A stretch of 60,622 nt of DNA, filler included. It is 5 parts of 5 records of this genome, joined end to end, with 100 filler letters (N's around TTAATTAATTAA, not from the genome) between each part and the next. Parts side by side here need not be neighbours in the genome. Positions count along the whole stretch, not along the records: positions 31,627 to 41,869 come from SRR22947725_563; positions 41,970 to 53,702 come from SRR22947725_565; 3 more parts are not named here. One strand, 5' to 3'. Below the pieces are notes generated by a model that saw only the letters and a list, made by a program, of their open reading frames with translations, made no database searches and was not told the origin of the DNA. Positions 38,541 through 49,223 of the stretch are shown here, one piece after another. The first letter of the stretch is position 1. The number at the start of each line of letters is the position of its first letter. Made by a program: the position numbers and the translations under genes.

Positions 38541-39708
38541 ATCTGTATGAACTAGTAATGTTATTGAGATGAGTGAGTATTGCCTTATCCTGATCAGAAA
38601 AAATACAGTTTCTTCTTTTCATAACATTATCATTGACTTCAAAAACTTTTTCAATCCTATAGTCAGAGAAACCTTTATTACCACCCCAAGAAAAACTTGG
38701 AATGAAATTTCTTGGAAAACCAGAGCCAAAAACATTTGAACAAACTCCTACTACTGTTCCTGTATTAAACATTGTGTTTATACCACTTTTACTGTGATCA
38801 CCCATGATAAGTCCACAAAATTGCTCACCAGTGGATAAAAATTTATTATGATCATAATTCCAGATTTTAACATCTGCATAATTATTTTTTAAATTTGATG
38901 TATTTGTGTCTGCTCCTAAATTACACCACTCTCCAATCAAAGAATTACCTAAAAAACCATCGTGACCTTTATTACTATATCCTAGAACTACAGAATTACT
39001 AACCTCGCCACCAATCTTGCAATGAGGACCAATTGTAGTTCCTCCATATATTTTTGAACCAAGTTTTAAAGTAGAATATTCACACAAGGCAAATGGACCT
39101 CTAATTAGAGTTCCTTCCATAATTTCACAATTTTTTGATATATAAATTGGGCCATTAGATGCATTTAAAGTCGAATATTCCATTTTAACTCCTTCATCGA
39201 TAAAAATATTTTCAGGATTAATTAGATTATTAGTTTTTGAAATTTTTGATGAATTTTTATTTTTTGTTAAAAGAGTAAAATCTTCTATAATTGCTGATGA
39301 ATTAATTTTAAATATGTCAGTTAGGCTGTTTAATTGTAAAACTTTATCGTTGTAAGGTATTTTTTTAAAAGAATCTAAATCCACTTCATCTTGGTTTTCT
39401 TCAGAATAAAAGGCTATTAAATCATCACCAGAATTAATCAATTCATTTGGTTTAAGATTGATTATTAAATTTACAAGCTTATTGTTTGGTAAAAAAGACG
39501 CATTAATAAAAATATTCTTATCAAATTCTAACATGGGATACTTATCAGATAAGTAATCCTCAGTAACAAATGAAATTGTAGACTCTAGAAAAGCTTCCCA
39601 TTTTTCCCTGATTGTTAATATACCAACTCTAATTTCTGCAACAGGTCTTGTGTAGGTTAATGGAAGTAAATTATTTCTACTAGGGCTATCAAATAAAATA
39701 TAATTCAT
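38530..39708 (-). CDS. Bacteroidetes GlmU-like protein (nucleotidyltransferase-like + hexapeptide repeats)
   Basis: LLPLTYTRP, left-handed beta-helix region, NKGHDGFLG, GADTNTSNLKN; likely start MNYILFD at 39708. Confidence 0.85.
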   Translation of the reverse strand: MNYILFDSPSRNNLLPLTYTRPVAEIRVGILTIREKWEAFLESTISFVTEDYLSDKYPMLEFDKNIFINASFLPNNKLVNLIINLKPNELINSGDDLIAFYSEENQDEVDLDSFKKIPYNDKVLQLNSLTDIFKINSSAIIEDFTLLTKNKNSSKISKTNNLINPENIFIDEGVKMEYSTLNASNGPIYISKNCEIMEGTLIRGPFALCEYSTLKLGSKIYGGTTIGPHCKIGGEVSNSVVLGYSNKGHDGFLGNSLIGEWCNLGADTNTSNLKNNYADVKIWNYDHNKFLSTGEQFCGLIMGDHSKSGINTMFNTGTVVGVCSNVFGSGFPRNFIPSFSWGGNKGFSDYRIEKVFEVNDNVMKRRNCIFSDQDKAILTHLNNITSSYRSNF

Positions 39709-39730
39709 GATGTGAATTTTGTGTAAAAAT

Positions 39731-39763
39731 AAAAAAAAGCCTTTCAAAAAGATGAAAGACTTT
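39731..39763 (-). terminator. Intrinsic terminator after L31 gene
   Basis: Minus strand AAAGTCTTTCA-TCTTTT-TGAAAGGCTTTTTTTT hairpin plus U tract. Confidence 0.75.
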
Positions 39764-39788
39764 AATAAATTATATATTTAAAAAGTAT

Positions 39789-40040
39789 TTACTTCTTAAA
39801 TTTAGAGTATTTGTTCTTGAACTTGTCTATTCTACCAGCTGTATCTACTAATTTAGATTTTCCAGTATAGTATGGGTGAGAAGTTCTTGAAATTTCCATT
39901 TTAACAAGTGGGTATTCAACTCCTTCATGTTCAATAGTTTCAGCTGTATTAGCAGTTGATTTAGTTATAAAAATATCATTATTTGACATATCTTTAAACG
40001 CTACTAATCTGTAATCCTTAGGATGAATATCTTTTTTCAT
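39789..40040 (-). CDS. rpmE2: 50S ribosomal protein L31 type B (no Zn cysteines)
   Basis: True start [27 protein letters not shown]; 83 aa; TAGATTTG at 40067-40074. Confidence 0.95.
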   Translation of the reverse strand: MKKDIHPKDYRLVAFKDMSNNDIFITKSTANTAETIEHEGVEYPLVKMEISRTSHPYYTGKSKLVDTAGRIDKFKNKYSKFKK

Positions 40041-40164
40041 CGATAAATGTTTTAAATTTTGAGGTGCAAATCTAGATATTTTTTTAATATATAACAATAT
40101 AATCTGAAGTTTATTTAATCTAGAAATTGGTTTTCCTATATTTGTTGATATAAAAAATAAAAGT

Positions 40165-40686
40165 ATGGAAACTGAATTAAAAAACATTGCAACAGATTTA
40201 GCATATAAACTTGGAGGAGTCCTAACAATAACTACTGTTATAGCGTACTCTGTAGATTTTAAATTATTCTTGAATCCCTTTATAGGTCTTGGATTTGGAA
40301 TACTTATAATTTTATTTGGGATCTTTTCAATAATTCAATCAAAAAAACAAAATAATGGGATTATATCCTTTGTAGAAGCTTTTAAATCTTACTTTACAAC
40401 AATTTCATTGGGTTATTTTATTGGCAGTTTAACTACAATTTTAGTTTTTGTCATTGTTGACCCCGATGCAGCAAAGATTTTGGATGAAGAAATGCTAGTA
40501 ATGACTAAAGAAATGCTTGAAGGCTTTGGCATGTCAAAAGAAATGATAGCTCAAAATTTAGAAGAAGCCTCTAAAAAAAGTAATTTTTCATTATCTAGTA
40601 TATCATTACAATACGTCATGAATTTAGCATTTTTCTCTGTTATCGGATTAGTGGCGTCATTCTTTTCTAAAAAAGAATCCAAATAG
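40165..40686 (+). CDS. DUF4199-like four-TM membrane protein
   Basis: [15 protein letters not shown]; upstream of GT2; TATATTTG at 40137-40144. Confidence 0.7.
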   Translation: METELKNIATDLAYKLGGVLTITTVIAYSVDFKLFLNPFIGLGFGILIILFGIFSIIQSKKQNNGIISFVEAFKSYFTTISLGYFIGSLTTILVFVIVDPDAAKILDEEMLVMTKEMLEGFGMSKEMIAQNLEEASKKSNFSLSSISLQYVMNLAFFSVIGLVASFFSKKESK

Positions 40687-40692
40687 TATAAA

Positions 40693-41640
40693 ATGGACAT
40701 TTCTATTGTTATACCATTATTAAATGAAAGTGAATCTTTAGTTGAACTAAGTCTTAAAATAGACTCAGTTATGAAAGAGAATTCATTTAAATATGAAGTA
40801 ATTTATGTAGATGATGGCAGTGATGATGATTCTTGGAAAATTATAAGTTCTATTTGTATTGAAAATAATTCGTTTAAAGCTATAAAATTTTCTAAAAATT
40901 ATGGTAAATCACAGGCCTTACATGCTGGCTTTGAAATTGCAGATGGAAATGTAGTATTTACAATGGATGCAGATCTACAGGATGACCCGGAAGAAATTCC
41001 AGAAATGTATAATTTGATTATTACTAAAAACTTAGATATTCTTTCAGGATGGAAGAAAAAAAGATTTGATCCAGTTTTAACAAAAAACCTTCCATCAAAG
41101 ATATTTAATCTTTCTGCAAGATTAACTTCTGGCATTAAATTAAATGATTTTAATTGCGGGTTAAAAGGGTATAAAAATGAAGTTGTAAAAAACATAAATG
41201 TCTATGGTGAAATGCATAGGTACATACCCATATTAGCCAGTAACGAAGGGTATAATAAAATTGAAGAAAAAATTATTAAACATAGACCAAGAAAATATGG
41301 TCAAACAAAATTTGGTATGAGTAGATTTAGTCATGGTTTTTTAGACCTAGTTACAATATGGTTTTTGTCAAGATTTGGTAAAAGACCAATGCATTTTTTT
41401 GGAACTATTGGAGCATTAATGTTAATTATAGGGTTTATGTTTGCATTATACTTAGGAATTGATAAAATATATTTAAATCCTGAAGGTAGATTAATTACAG
41501 AGAAACCTGAGTTTTTTATCAGCTTAACAACTATGATCCTTGGAAGTCAATTTTTTGTTGCTGGATTTTTAGGTGAAATGATAACTAGAAATAATCAAAA
41601 TAAAAAACAATACAAAATAGACCAAAAAATAAATAGTTAA
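40693..41640 (+). CDS. GT2 polyprenol-phosphate glycosyltransferase (ArnC/GtrB-like)
   Basis: VIPLLNE, DDGS, MDADLQDDP, two C-terminal TMs. Confidence 0.9.
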   Translation: MDISIVIPLLNESESLVELSLKIDSVMKENSFKYEVIYVDDGSDDDSWKIISSICIENNSFKAIKFSKNYGKSQALHAGFEIADGNVVFTMDADLQDDPEEIPEMYNLIITKNLDILSGWKKKRFDPVLTKNLPSKIFNLSARLTSGIKLNDFNCGLKGYKNEVVKNINVYGEMHRYIPILASNEGYNKIEEKIIKHRPRKYGQTKFGMSRFSHGFLDLVTIWFLSRFGKRPMHFFGTIGALMLIIGFMFALYLGIDKIYLNPEGRLITEKPEFFISLTTMILGSQFFVAGFLGEMITRNNQNKKQYKIDQKINS

Positions 41641-41657
41641 CAAAACTATTACATTAT

Positions 41658-41869
41658 ATGAGTTACAAAAATATTTATAAAGAATGGCTAAAAGATCCAT
41701 TTGATAATGAGACAATTAAAGCCACTAGAGAATTAGCAAAAAATGAAAATGAGTTAGAGGACAGCTTTTATAAAGATCTTGAGTTTGGAACTGGTGGAAT
41801 GAGAGGCTTAATGGGTGTTGGAACTAATAGAATTAATAAATACACTCTAGGAAAAAACACACAAGGTAT
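41658..41869 (+). CDS. Phospho-sugar mutase (PGM/PMM), 3'-truncated
   Basis: LEFGTGGMRGLMGVGTNRIN. Confidence 0.88.
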
Positions 41870-41969
41870 NNNNNNNNNNNNNNNNNNNNNNNNNNNNNNN
41901 NNNNNNNNNNNNNTTAATTAATTAANNNNNNNNNNNNNNNNNNNNNNNNNNNNNNNNNNNNNNNNNNNN
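41870..41969. other. Artificial contig spacer
   Basis: Same linker. Confidence 0.98.
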
Positions 41970-41970
41970 G

Positions 41971-42609
41971 GGGCCAAATGGAGCAGGAAAAACTACTTCA
42001 TTTTATATGATTGTTGGGTTGATTAAGCCGTTAAGTGGAAATATTTTTTTAGATGACAAGGACATAACACGATACCCCATGTATAAACGTGCTCAAAACG
42101 GAATAGGGTATTTGGCTCAGGAAGCGTCCGTATTTCGCAAACTTACTGTAGAACAAAATATCAAAAGCGTATTGGAGTTAACAGATTTATCTGTTAAAGA
42201 ACAAGAAAGCAAAACTGAAGCACTTTTAGAGGAATTTGGACTAACGCATATTCGAAAAAGCCGTGGTGATTTACTTTCTGGTGGAGAACGTCGAAGAACA
42301 GAAATTGCCAGAGCGCTTGCTACCGACCCGAAATTTGTTTTACTGGATGAACCTTTTGCAGGCGTTGACCCTGTTGCTGTTGAAGACATTCAAAAAATCG
42401 TTGCGCACCTAAAACAGCGAAACATCGGCATTTTGATTACTGACCACAATGTTCAGGAAACTTTAGCCATTACCGACAGAACATACCTCATGTTTGAAGG
42501 GAAGATTTTAAAAACAGGGACACCAAAAGAATTGGCTGAAGATGAAATGGTTCGTAAAGTATATTTAGGACAAAATTTTGAACTGAGAACAAAAAAACTT
42601 AGCCTTTAA
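41971..42609 (+). CDS. lptB: LPS export ABC ATPase LptB (5'-truncated)
   Basis: GPNGAGKTT from 41971, [26 protein letters not shown]. Confidence 0.94.
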   Translation, partial: GPNGAGKTTSFYMIVGLIKPLSGNIFLDDKDITRYPMYKRAQNGIGYLAQEASVFRKLTVEQNIKSVLELTDLSVKEQESKTEALLEEFGLTHIRKSRGDLLSGGERRRTEIARALATDPKFVLLDEPFAGVDPVAVEDIQKIVAHLKQRNIGILITDHNVQETLAITDRTYLMFEGKILKTGTPKELAEDEMVRKVYLGQNFELRTKKLSL

Positions 42610-43264
42610 TCCGCATGTAAATAGTTCCAAAAAAGCCATAAGACAATATCACGGCAGACAAAGCCTCAGCCTTATAAAAAACCAACACAGGAATTACAAT
42701 TAGAGCAAAAATTAGAGCAAATGCTGATGGCCTTCCATGAACAAACTTTTGACTGGGGAGCATGAGTTTTGAGACCATAAGCAGTGCCAATAAAGATGTA
42801 GTTAAAACAACTATTTCGTAATTAACGTCAATAGGTAGAAAGGGAATTCCAACCACAAATAAAGCAAATGCTGGAGTTGGCATTCCTTCGAAATCTAGTT
42901 GACTAGAAGGTGTGATATTAAAGCGGGCGAGACGGTAAACTGCAGCAAGAGTTACTAAAAAACCTAAGGGAGAAAGAAATACATAATCATAAGGAAGGTT
43001 TTCAGCTAAATAATAATTTAAGAAAAAACCTGGAACAACACCAAAAGAAATAACATCACTTAGAGAATCGAGTTGCTTGCCAATTTCAGAAGTCACTTTT
43101 AGCCCTCTAGCAAACAAACCATCTGTACTATCAAAAAAAACGCCAATTAATATCCAAGTAAGAGTCATTTTATAATCTTGACTAACAACTGACAATAAAG
43201 CCATACAGCCAGAAAGAGCATTTAGAAGCGTGAGTGTATTAGGAATGAAAGATTTAAATCGCAT
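42599..43264 (-). CDS. pssA: CDP-alcohol phosphatidyltransferase (PssA-like)
   Basis: [15 protein letters not shown]...[22 protein letters not shown]. Confidence 0.85.
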   Translation of the reverse strand: MRFKSFIPNTLTLLNALSGCMALLSVVSQDYKMTLTWILIGVFFDSTDGLFARGLKVTSEIGKQLDSLSDVISFGVVPGFFLNYYLAENLPYDYVFLSPLGFLVTLAAVYRLARFNITPSSQLDFEGMPTPAFALFVVGIPFLPIDVNYEIVVLTTSLLALLMVSKLMLPSQKFVHGRPSAFALIFALIVIPVLVFYKAEALSAVILSYGFFGTIYMRIKG

Positions 43265-43318
43265 GATTATTTTTGGTTAAGTTTATACAAACTTATACAA
43301 TAATTGTACTTTCGTCAC

Positions 43319-44881
43319 ATGCCAAACAAATTATTGCTAACTATTCTTTCAGGACTTCTTCTTGGTCTTTCTTGGCCAGTAAGTGGTTTCGCTCCTTTAC
43401 TTTTTGTTGGATTTGTTCCAATGCTATGGTTAATAAATAGTAGTAAAACCGAACGTTTTTGGCGATTTTTTGGAAGGGTGTTTATTGGTTTTTTTATCTG
43501 GAATGCTATTGCCACGTGGTGGCTTTGGAATGCTACTGTTTTTGGAATGTTCTTCGCAATGACAGTAAACAGCGTGCTTATGGCGTTAATCGTGGTTCTT
43601 TGGAGACGTGTGGATCGTACGATAGGTGAGAAAACAGGCCTTATCTTTTTACCCCTAGCGTGGATTAGTTTTGAGAAAATGCACTTAGGTTGGGATTTTT
43701 CATGGCCTTGGTTAAACCTTGGAAATGGTTTTGCTGCTTATCCAAATTGGGTGCAATGGTATGAATACACAGGTAGCTTTGGAGGGGCACTTTGGATTTG
43801 GATAGTAAACATTATGGTTTTCAAAGTATTTGTTCGTTTTAAGAAAACCAAAAATATAGGTCACACTTGGATACAACCAGTTCTAGTGATTTTAATTCCA
43901 ATACTGCTTTCGTACTACATACTCTTTACCTATAAAACTGAAAATAACACCCCCATAAATGTTATAATTGTCCAACCTAATATCGACCCATACACGGATA
44001 AGTATTCATTAACAAATCAAGAATTATACACCGACTTAATAGCGCTAATAACCCCAGAGCTTTCGAAAAGCCCACACCTGATTGTAACTCCAGAAACCTA
44101 TTTTTCAGAAGGTGCCGGTGTGTTTCTCCCAACATTCAATCAAAACGCACTGTACACTAATATGCTGCGCTTTTCGACAGACAACAACACCCAATTTCTA
44201 AATGGGATACAATTTTACAACACGTACAATGAGGCCAATAAAACAGAAACAGCCAATAAACTTAAAAATGGAATTTGGGCTGATTTTTACAACAGTGCTT
44301 TTTTAACGGATACTACTGCACCTCGTGTTTATCATAAATCAAAGCTTGTTGTTGGTGTAGAAACCCTTCCATATAGAAGTGTCATTGAGCCATTACTTGG
44401 CAATATTATGCTAGATTTTGGAGGAACATTATTTGTTCGAGCAACACAAAAGGAACGCGCTGCTTTTGAACTTTATAATGGAGATCGTGTTGGACCAATC
44501 ATATGCTATGAATCTATATATGGAGAATTTGTAAACGAATATGTTCGTAAAGGCGCAACAGTATTGGCTATAATGACAAATGATGCTTGGTGGGGTAATA
44601 CACCAGGACATAAACAACACCTTGCATATGCTAGTCTTCGAGCAATAGAAACACGCAGGCCCGTTGTTAGATCAGCCAACACAGGAATTTCTGGGTTTAT
44701 CAATCCACTAGGCGAGATTAAGGAAACTCTTTCTTACAACAGTAAGGGAGTACTTACTGCAACCGTAATTCCACAAACAAAACAAACACGCTATGTACAG
44801 TTTGGTGATTATATTTTCCGCATTGGTGGGTTTCTTTCGGCGTTTATCCTAATTTTCACCTTTGCACGTACGAGAAATTGA
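43319..44881 (+). CDS. lnt: Apolipoprotein N-acyltransferase
   Basis: N-terminal TMs, FSWPW, VQPNI, triad PET / KSKLV / ICYES, TNDAWW, RSANTGIS. Confidence 0.92.
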   Translation: MPNKLLLTILSGLLLGLSWPVSGFAPLLFVGFVPMLWLINSSKTERFWRFFGRVFIGFFIWNAIATWWLWNATVFGMFFAMTVNSVLMALIVVLWRRVDRTIGEKTGLIFLPLAWISFEKMHLGWDFSWPWLNLGNGFAAYPNWVQWYEYTGSFGGALWIWIVNIMVFKVFVRFKKTKNIGHTWIQPVLVILIPILLSYYILFTYKTENNTPINVIIVQPNIDPYTDKYSLTNQELYTDLIALITPELSKSPHLIVTPETYFSEGAGVFLPTFNQNALYTNMLRFSTDNNTQFLNGIQFYNTYNEANKTETANKLKNGIWADFYNSAFLTDTTAPRVYHKSKLVVGVETLPYRSVIEPLLGNIMLDFGGTLFVRATQKERAAFELYNGDRVGPIICYESIYGEFVNEYVRKGATVLAIMTNDAWWGNTPGHKQHLAYASLRAIETRRPVVRSANTGISGFINPLGEIKETLSYNSKGVLTATVIPQTKQTRYVQFGDYIFRIGGFLSAFILIFTFARTRN

Positions 44882-44971
44882 AAGCTTTTGAAAATGAGCA
44901 ATTTAGGATAAAAAAAATTTTATCAAACCACTCAAGTTGTGTATTTTTGAGCTGCGTTAAATCAAACTGCT

Positions 44972-45517
44972 ATGAAGATTTACACCAAAACAGGCGATAA
45001 AGGCCAGACTTCTCTAATTGGGGGAAACCGAGTCTATAAAAGTGATTTGCGAATAGAGTCCTATGGAACTATAGATGAATTAAATTCATGGTTAGGGCTG
45101 CTTGTAGAATACTTACCCAAAGACCGTAAAGAAGAGGTACAACAAATTCAACAGCTATTATTTGCTATTGGTGCAATGCTTGCAAGTAAATCGACAGAGC
45201 AAAAACGCCCTTTTGCTGTAATTCAAAAGGAAGATGTAGAAGCTCTCGAAAAAAACATTGACTATTACGAGAATTTATTGCCTTCCATGACGCATTTTAT
45301 CCTGCCTGGCGGTTCTAAGGCGTCTGCACAGACGCATATTGCGCGTTGTGTATGCCGACGAGCAGAGCGAATCATTGTTCAACTTAGCAGACTTGAACAC
45401 GTAGATTTATTACTGCTTGCCTTTATTAACAGGTTATCAGACTATTTATTTTGTCTCGCCAGAGCCTTTTCACACTGGGAAGGATCAGAAGAAATAAAAT
45501 GGATTCCGAATAAATAA
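44972..45517 (+). CDS. PduO-type ATP:cob(I)alamin adenosyltransferase
   Basis: KIYTKTGDKG, YGTIDELNS, FILPGG, RRAER, NRLSDYLF. Confidence 0.92.
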   Translation: MKIYTKTGDKGQTSLIGGNRVYKSDLRIESYGTIDELNSWLGLLVEYLPKDRKEEVQQIQQLLFAIGAMLASKSTEQKRPFAVIQKEDVEALEKNIDYYENLLPSMTHFILPGGSKASAQTHIARCVCRRAERIIVQLSRLEHVDLLLLAFINRLSDYLFCLARAFSHWEGSEEIKWIPNK

Positions 45518-45577
45518 TATTTTCTTGGAAAATTGAGATAAAAATTTATTTTTGCACCTCATTAAAACAACAACTTT

Positions 45578-45799
45578 ATGTACTGGACTTTAGAACTTGC
45601 ATCGTATTTGAGTGACGCGCCTTGGCCAGCGAATAAAGACGAGCTGATTGACTATGGAATACGAACAGGAGCTCCACTAGAAGTAGTAGAGAATTTACAA
45701 TCAATTGAGGATGAAGGTGAAATCTATGAAACTATTCAAGAGATTTGGCCCGACTACCCCACTGATGAAGATTATCTGTGGAACGAAGACGAATACTAG
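45578..45799 (+). CDS. DUF2795 family protein
   Basis: MYWTLELASYLSDAPWPA...; TATTTTTG at 45547-45554. Confidence 0.85.
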   Translation: MYWTLELASYLSDAPWPANKDELIDYGIRTGAPLEVVENLQSIEDEGEIYETIQEIWPDYPTDEDYLWNEDEY

Positions 45800-45859
45800 T
45801 ATTCAAATTATCCACTCATCCGTTTTTTTCCTTACTTTTGAACTCCTAGATTCTTCCCT

Positions 45860-48800
45860 ATGAGTGTATTGAGTGGTATTCTAAAAACATTTGTTGGCGA
45901 CAAAGCCAAAAAGGACCTTAAAGGGATTTATCCTTTGGTTGATAAGATCCATCAGGCTTCAACAACTGTAAACACCCTCACTCACGATCAATTACGAGAG
46001 AAAACAGCGGAATTTAAGTCCGAAATAGCATCCATAAGGGCACCCTTTTTTGAAGAAATAGCCGCACATAAAACCGCCATTGATGCCTTAACAGATATCG
46101 ATGAAAAAGAAGAACGCTATACAGAAATTGATCGGATTACGCAGCTAGCACACGATGCCGTTTCATCTTATTTAAATGATATTTTACCTGAAGCTTTTGC
46201 CGTGGTAAAAGAAACCGCACGTAGATTTAAAGAAAATGAACAGCTAGAAGTTACTGCAAATGCCTTTGATAGAGCAATTTCAGTTAAAAAAGGAAATGTT
46301 AAAATCAAAGGTGATAACGCCTATTGGGCAAATGCTTGGGATGCTGCAGGTAAATCAGTAACCTGGGATATGGTACATTATGATGTACAGCTTATTGGAG
46401 GTATCGTGTTGCACCAAGGTAAAATTGCCGAAATGCACACTGGGGAAGGAAAAACACTCGTAGCTACTCTCCCTGTTTATTTAAACGCATTATCAGGAAA
46501 TGGCGTTCACTTAGTAACCGTTAACGATTACTTGGCTAAGCGAGACAGCGCTTGGATGGCTCCAATCTTCGAATTCCATGGAATGTCGGTTGATTGTATC
46601 GATTATCACAAACCCAACTCCGAAGAACGTAGAAATGCATACAAAGCTGATATAACCTATGGAACAAACAATGAGTTTGGCTTTGACTACTTGCGCGACA
46701 ACATGGCGCATGCAATGGATGATTTGGTTCAACTCCCCCACCATTTTGCTATTGTTGATGAAGTAGATTCTGTACTTGTAGATGATGCTCGAACTCCACT
46801 TATCATATCTGGCCCTGTTCCTGATGGTGACCGTCACGAATTCCAAGCTTTAAAGCCACAAGTTGCTGCGTTAGTTTCACAACAACGCCAACACCTAACG
46901 GCAGTTTTAGCTGAGGCAAAAAAACTCATAGGTGCAGGTGACACTAAAGAAGGTGGGCTACTCCTATTACGTGTTTTTAGAGGGCTTCCAAAAAACAAGG
47001 CGCTTATTAAATTCTTGAGTCAAGAAGGGGTGCGCCAACTTCTACAAAAAACAGAAGCGCATTACATGCAAGACAATAACAGAGAAATGCATAAAGTGGA
47101 TGCAGATTTAATGTTTGTCATTGACGAGAAAAACAATCAGATTGAACTTACAGACAAAGGGGTAGAATACCTATCAAAAGATGGCGACGATACTGATTTC
47201 TTTGTTTTGCCAGATTTAAGTGGTGCCATTTCAGCTATAGAACAGAAGGGGAATAGCCCAGAAAAAGAAGCTGAAGAAAAAGAACAGTTATTTAAAGAAT
47301 ATAGCATAAAGAGTGAGCGTATTCATAGCATGAACCAATTGTTAAAGGCATTTACGCTATTCGAAAAAGATGTTGCTTACGTAGTCATGGACAATCAAGT
47401 AAAGATTGTTGATGAACAAACAGGGCGTATAATGGACGGCCGTCGTTATTCTGACGGATTACATCAGGCAATTGAGGCCAAAGAAAATGTAAAAATTGAA
47501 GCCGCTACTCAAACCTTTGCTACAATTACGCTCCAAAACTACTTTCGAATGTACCGCAAGCTAGCGGGGATGACAGGTACAGCAATAACAGAAGCTGGAG
47601 AATTTTGGGAAATTTACAAATTAGATGTTATTGAAATTCCCACCAATAGACCCATTGCACGTAAAGATGAAGACGATCTTATTTATAAAACAAAAAGAGA
47701 AAAATACAACGCAGTAATAGAACATGTTACTGAACTCTCACAAGCAGGACGACCCGTGCTTATTGGTACCACTTCCGTAGAAATATCCGAGCTGCTTAGT
47801 CGTATGCTTGCGATACGAAAAGTGCATCACAACGTTCTTAATGCAAAATTGCATAAAAAAGAGGCGGATGTTGTAGCCGAAGCAGGTAACCCTGGTATCG
47901 TGACTATTGCAACCAATATGGCAGGTCGTGGAACAGATATCAAAATTAATGATGCGGTTAAAGCAGCTGGTGGACTGGCTATAATTGGAACGGAACGCCA
48001 TGACTCTAGGCGTGTAGACCGTCAGTTACGTGGGCGTGCTGGACGTCAAGGAGATCCAGGAAGTTCTCAGTTTTATGTGTCGTTAGAAGATAATTTAATG
48101 CGCTTGTTTGGGTCAGAACGAATCTCTAAAATGATGGACCGAATGGGTCATAAAGAAGGAGAAGTGATTCAAGCAGGGATGATGACACGCTCTATAGAAC
48201 GTGCTCAAAAGAAAGTAGAAGAAAATAACTTTGGTATTCGTAAACGTCTTCTTGAGTATGATGATGTAATGAATGCACAGCGAGAAGTGATTTATAAGAG
48301 GCGGTATAATGCTTTAAATGGAGAACGTCTACAAGTAGATATTGCAAACATGTTATATGAAACATGTAGCGAAATATGTACATCTAATTTGGCGAACAAA
48401 GATTACAAACAGTTTGAGTTTGAAATTATTCGATTATTTTCTCTTACTAGCCCCGTTAGTCAAGCGGTTTTTGAACAACAAAACGAAACAGAACTTACCG
48501 AGACAGTATACCAAGCAGCAATTGCACACTACCAGAAAAAAATGGAAGAGAATGCTGCGCGTGTATTCCCAGTTGTTAAGGACGTTTATCAGAACCAAAG
48601 CAACACTTTTAAACGCATCGTGGTTCCATTTACAGATGGAGTAAAAACACTTAATGTGGTTAGCGATCTAGATAAAGCCTTTGAGAGTGAAGGGAAAAAT
48701 CTTATCCGTGATTTTGAGAAAAATATAAGCTTAGCCATAATTGATGAGTCCTGGAAAGATCATTTACGTAAAATGGATGAACTTAAGCAGTCAGTTCAAC

Positions 48801-49222
48801 TTGCGGTACATGAACAAAAAGACCCGCTATTAATTTACAAATTTGAGTCATTTGAATTATTCCGTGCATTTATAGATCAAGTAAATAGAAACATTATCTC
48901 TTTCTTATTTAAAGGTGAACTACCTACACAAGACCCTAAAAATATCCGAGAAGCTAGAAGTTTCCGTAGAAAAGATCGTGTGAGCACTTCTAAAGAAGAA
49001 GTACTTAATCAAGATCAACAAGCCATGCGTCAAGCAGCACAGCGCTCTGGAAGAAGCACTGTTGATAAAGCTGAGACGATTGTTAGAGAACGTCCGAAAA
49101 TTGGTCGAAACGAGCGTGTAACAATTCAACATGTGGTTAGTAGCGAGAAAAAAACAGTCAAATTTAAGCAAGCAGAACCCCTACTAAACAAAGGAGAATG
49201 GATGCTTATTGAGGACCAATAA
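45860..49222 (+). CDS. secA: Preprotein translocase SecA (long Bacteroidetes form)
   Basis: MHTGEGKT, DEVD, ATNMAGRGTDI, QLRGRAGRQGDPG; TACTTTTG at 45833-45840. Confidence 0.98.
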   Translation: MSVLSGILKTFVGDKAKKDLKGIYPLVDKIHQASTTVNTLTHDQLREKTAEFKSEIASIRAPFFEEIAAHKTAIDALTDIDEKEERYTEIDRITQLAHDAVSSYLNDILPEAFAVVKETARRFKENEQLEVTANAFDRAISVKKGNVKIKGDNAYWANAWDAAGKSVTWDMVHYDVQLIGGIVLHQGKIAEMHTGEGKTLVATLPVYLNALSGNGVHLVTVNDYLAKRDSAWMAPIFEFHGMSVDCIDYHKPNSEERRNAYKADITYGTNNEFGFDYLRDNMAHAMDDLVQLPHHFAIVDEVDSVLVDDARTPLIISGPVPDGDRHEFQALKPQVAALVSQQRQHLTAVLAEAKKLIGAGDTKEGGLLLLRVFRGLPKNKALIKFLSQEGVRQLLQKTEAHYMQDNNREMHKVDADLMFVIDEKNNQIELTDKGVEYLSKDGDDTDFFVLPDLSGAISAIEQKGNSPEKEAEEKEQLFKEYSIKSERIHSMNQLLKAFTLFEKDVAYVVMDNQVKIVDEQTGRIMDGRRYSDGLHQAIEAKENVKIEAATQTFATITLQNYFRMYRKLAGMTGTAITEAGEFWEIYKLDVIEIPTNRPIARKDEDDLIYKTKREKYNAVIEHVTELSQAGRPVLIGTTSVEISELLSRMLAIRKVHHNVLNAKLHKKEADVVAEAGNPGIVTIATNMAGRGTDIKINDAVKAAGGLAIIGTERHDSRRVDRQLRGRAGRQGDPGSSQFYVSLEDNLMRLFGSERISKMMDRMGHKEGEVIQAGMMTRSIERAQKKVEENNFGIRKRLLEYDDVMNAQREVIYKRRYNALNGERLQVDIANMLYETCSEICTSNLANKDYKQFEFEIIRLFSLTSPVSQAVFEQQNETELTETVYQAAIAHYQKKMEENAARVFPVVKDVYQNQSNTFKRIVVPFTDGVKTLNVVSDLDKAFESEGKNLIRDFEKNISLAIIDESWKDHLRKMDELKQSVQLAVHEQKDPLLIYKFESFELFRAFIDQVNRNIISFLFKGELPTQDPKNIREARSFRRKDRVSTSKEEVLNQDQQAMRQAAQRSGRSTVDKAETIVRERPKIGRNERVTIQHVVSSEKKTVKFKQAEPLLNKGEWMLIEDQ

Positions 49223-49223
49223 T

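Noticed and set aside
39709-39747. N-terminal extension on the GlmU-like ORF
   Set aside because: It runs through the upstream terminator; the real start is likely 39708.
40041-40187. N-terminal extension on L31 (132-aa ORF)
   Set aside because: It spans the promoter region and overlaps the divergent gene; the true start is MKKDIHP at 40040.
41971-42609. Apparent lptB duplication
   Set aside because: The two copies are on separate contigs from different organisms.
46511-49171. Many short antisense or alternate-frame ORFs within secA (and similar ones inside other genes)
   Set aside because: Shadows of long well-conserved genes with no motifs or expression signals.
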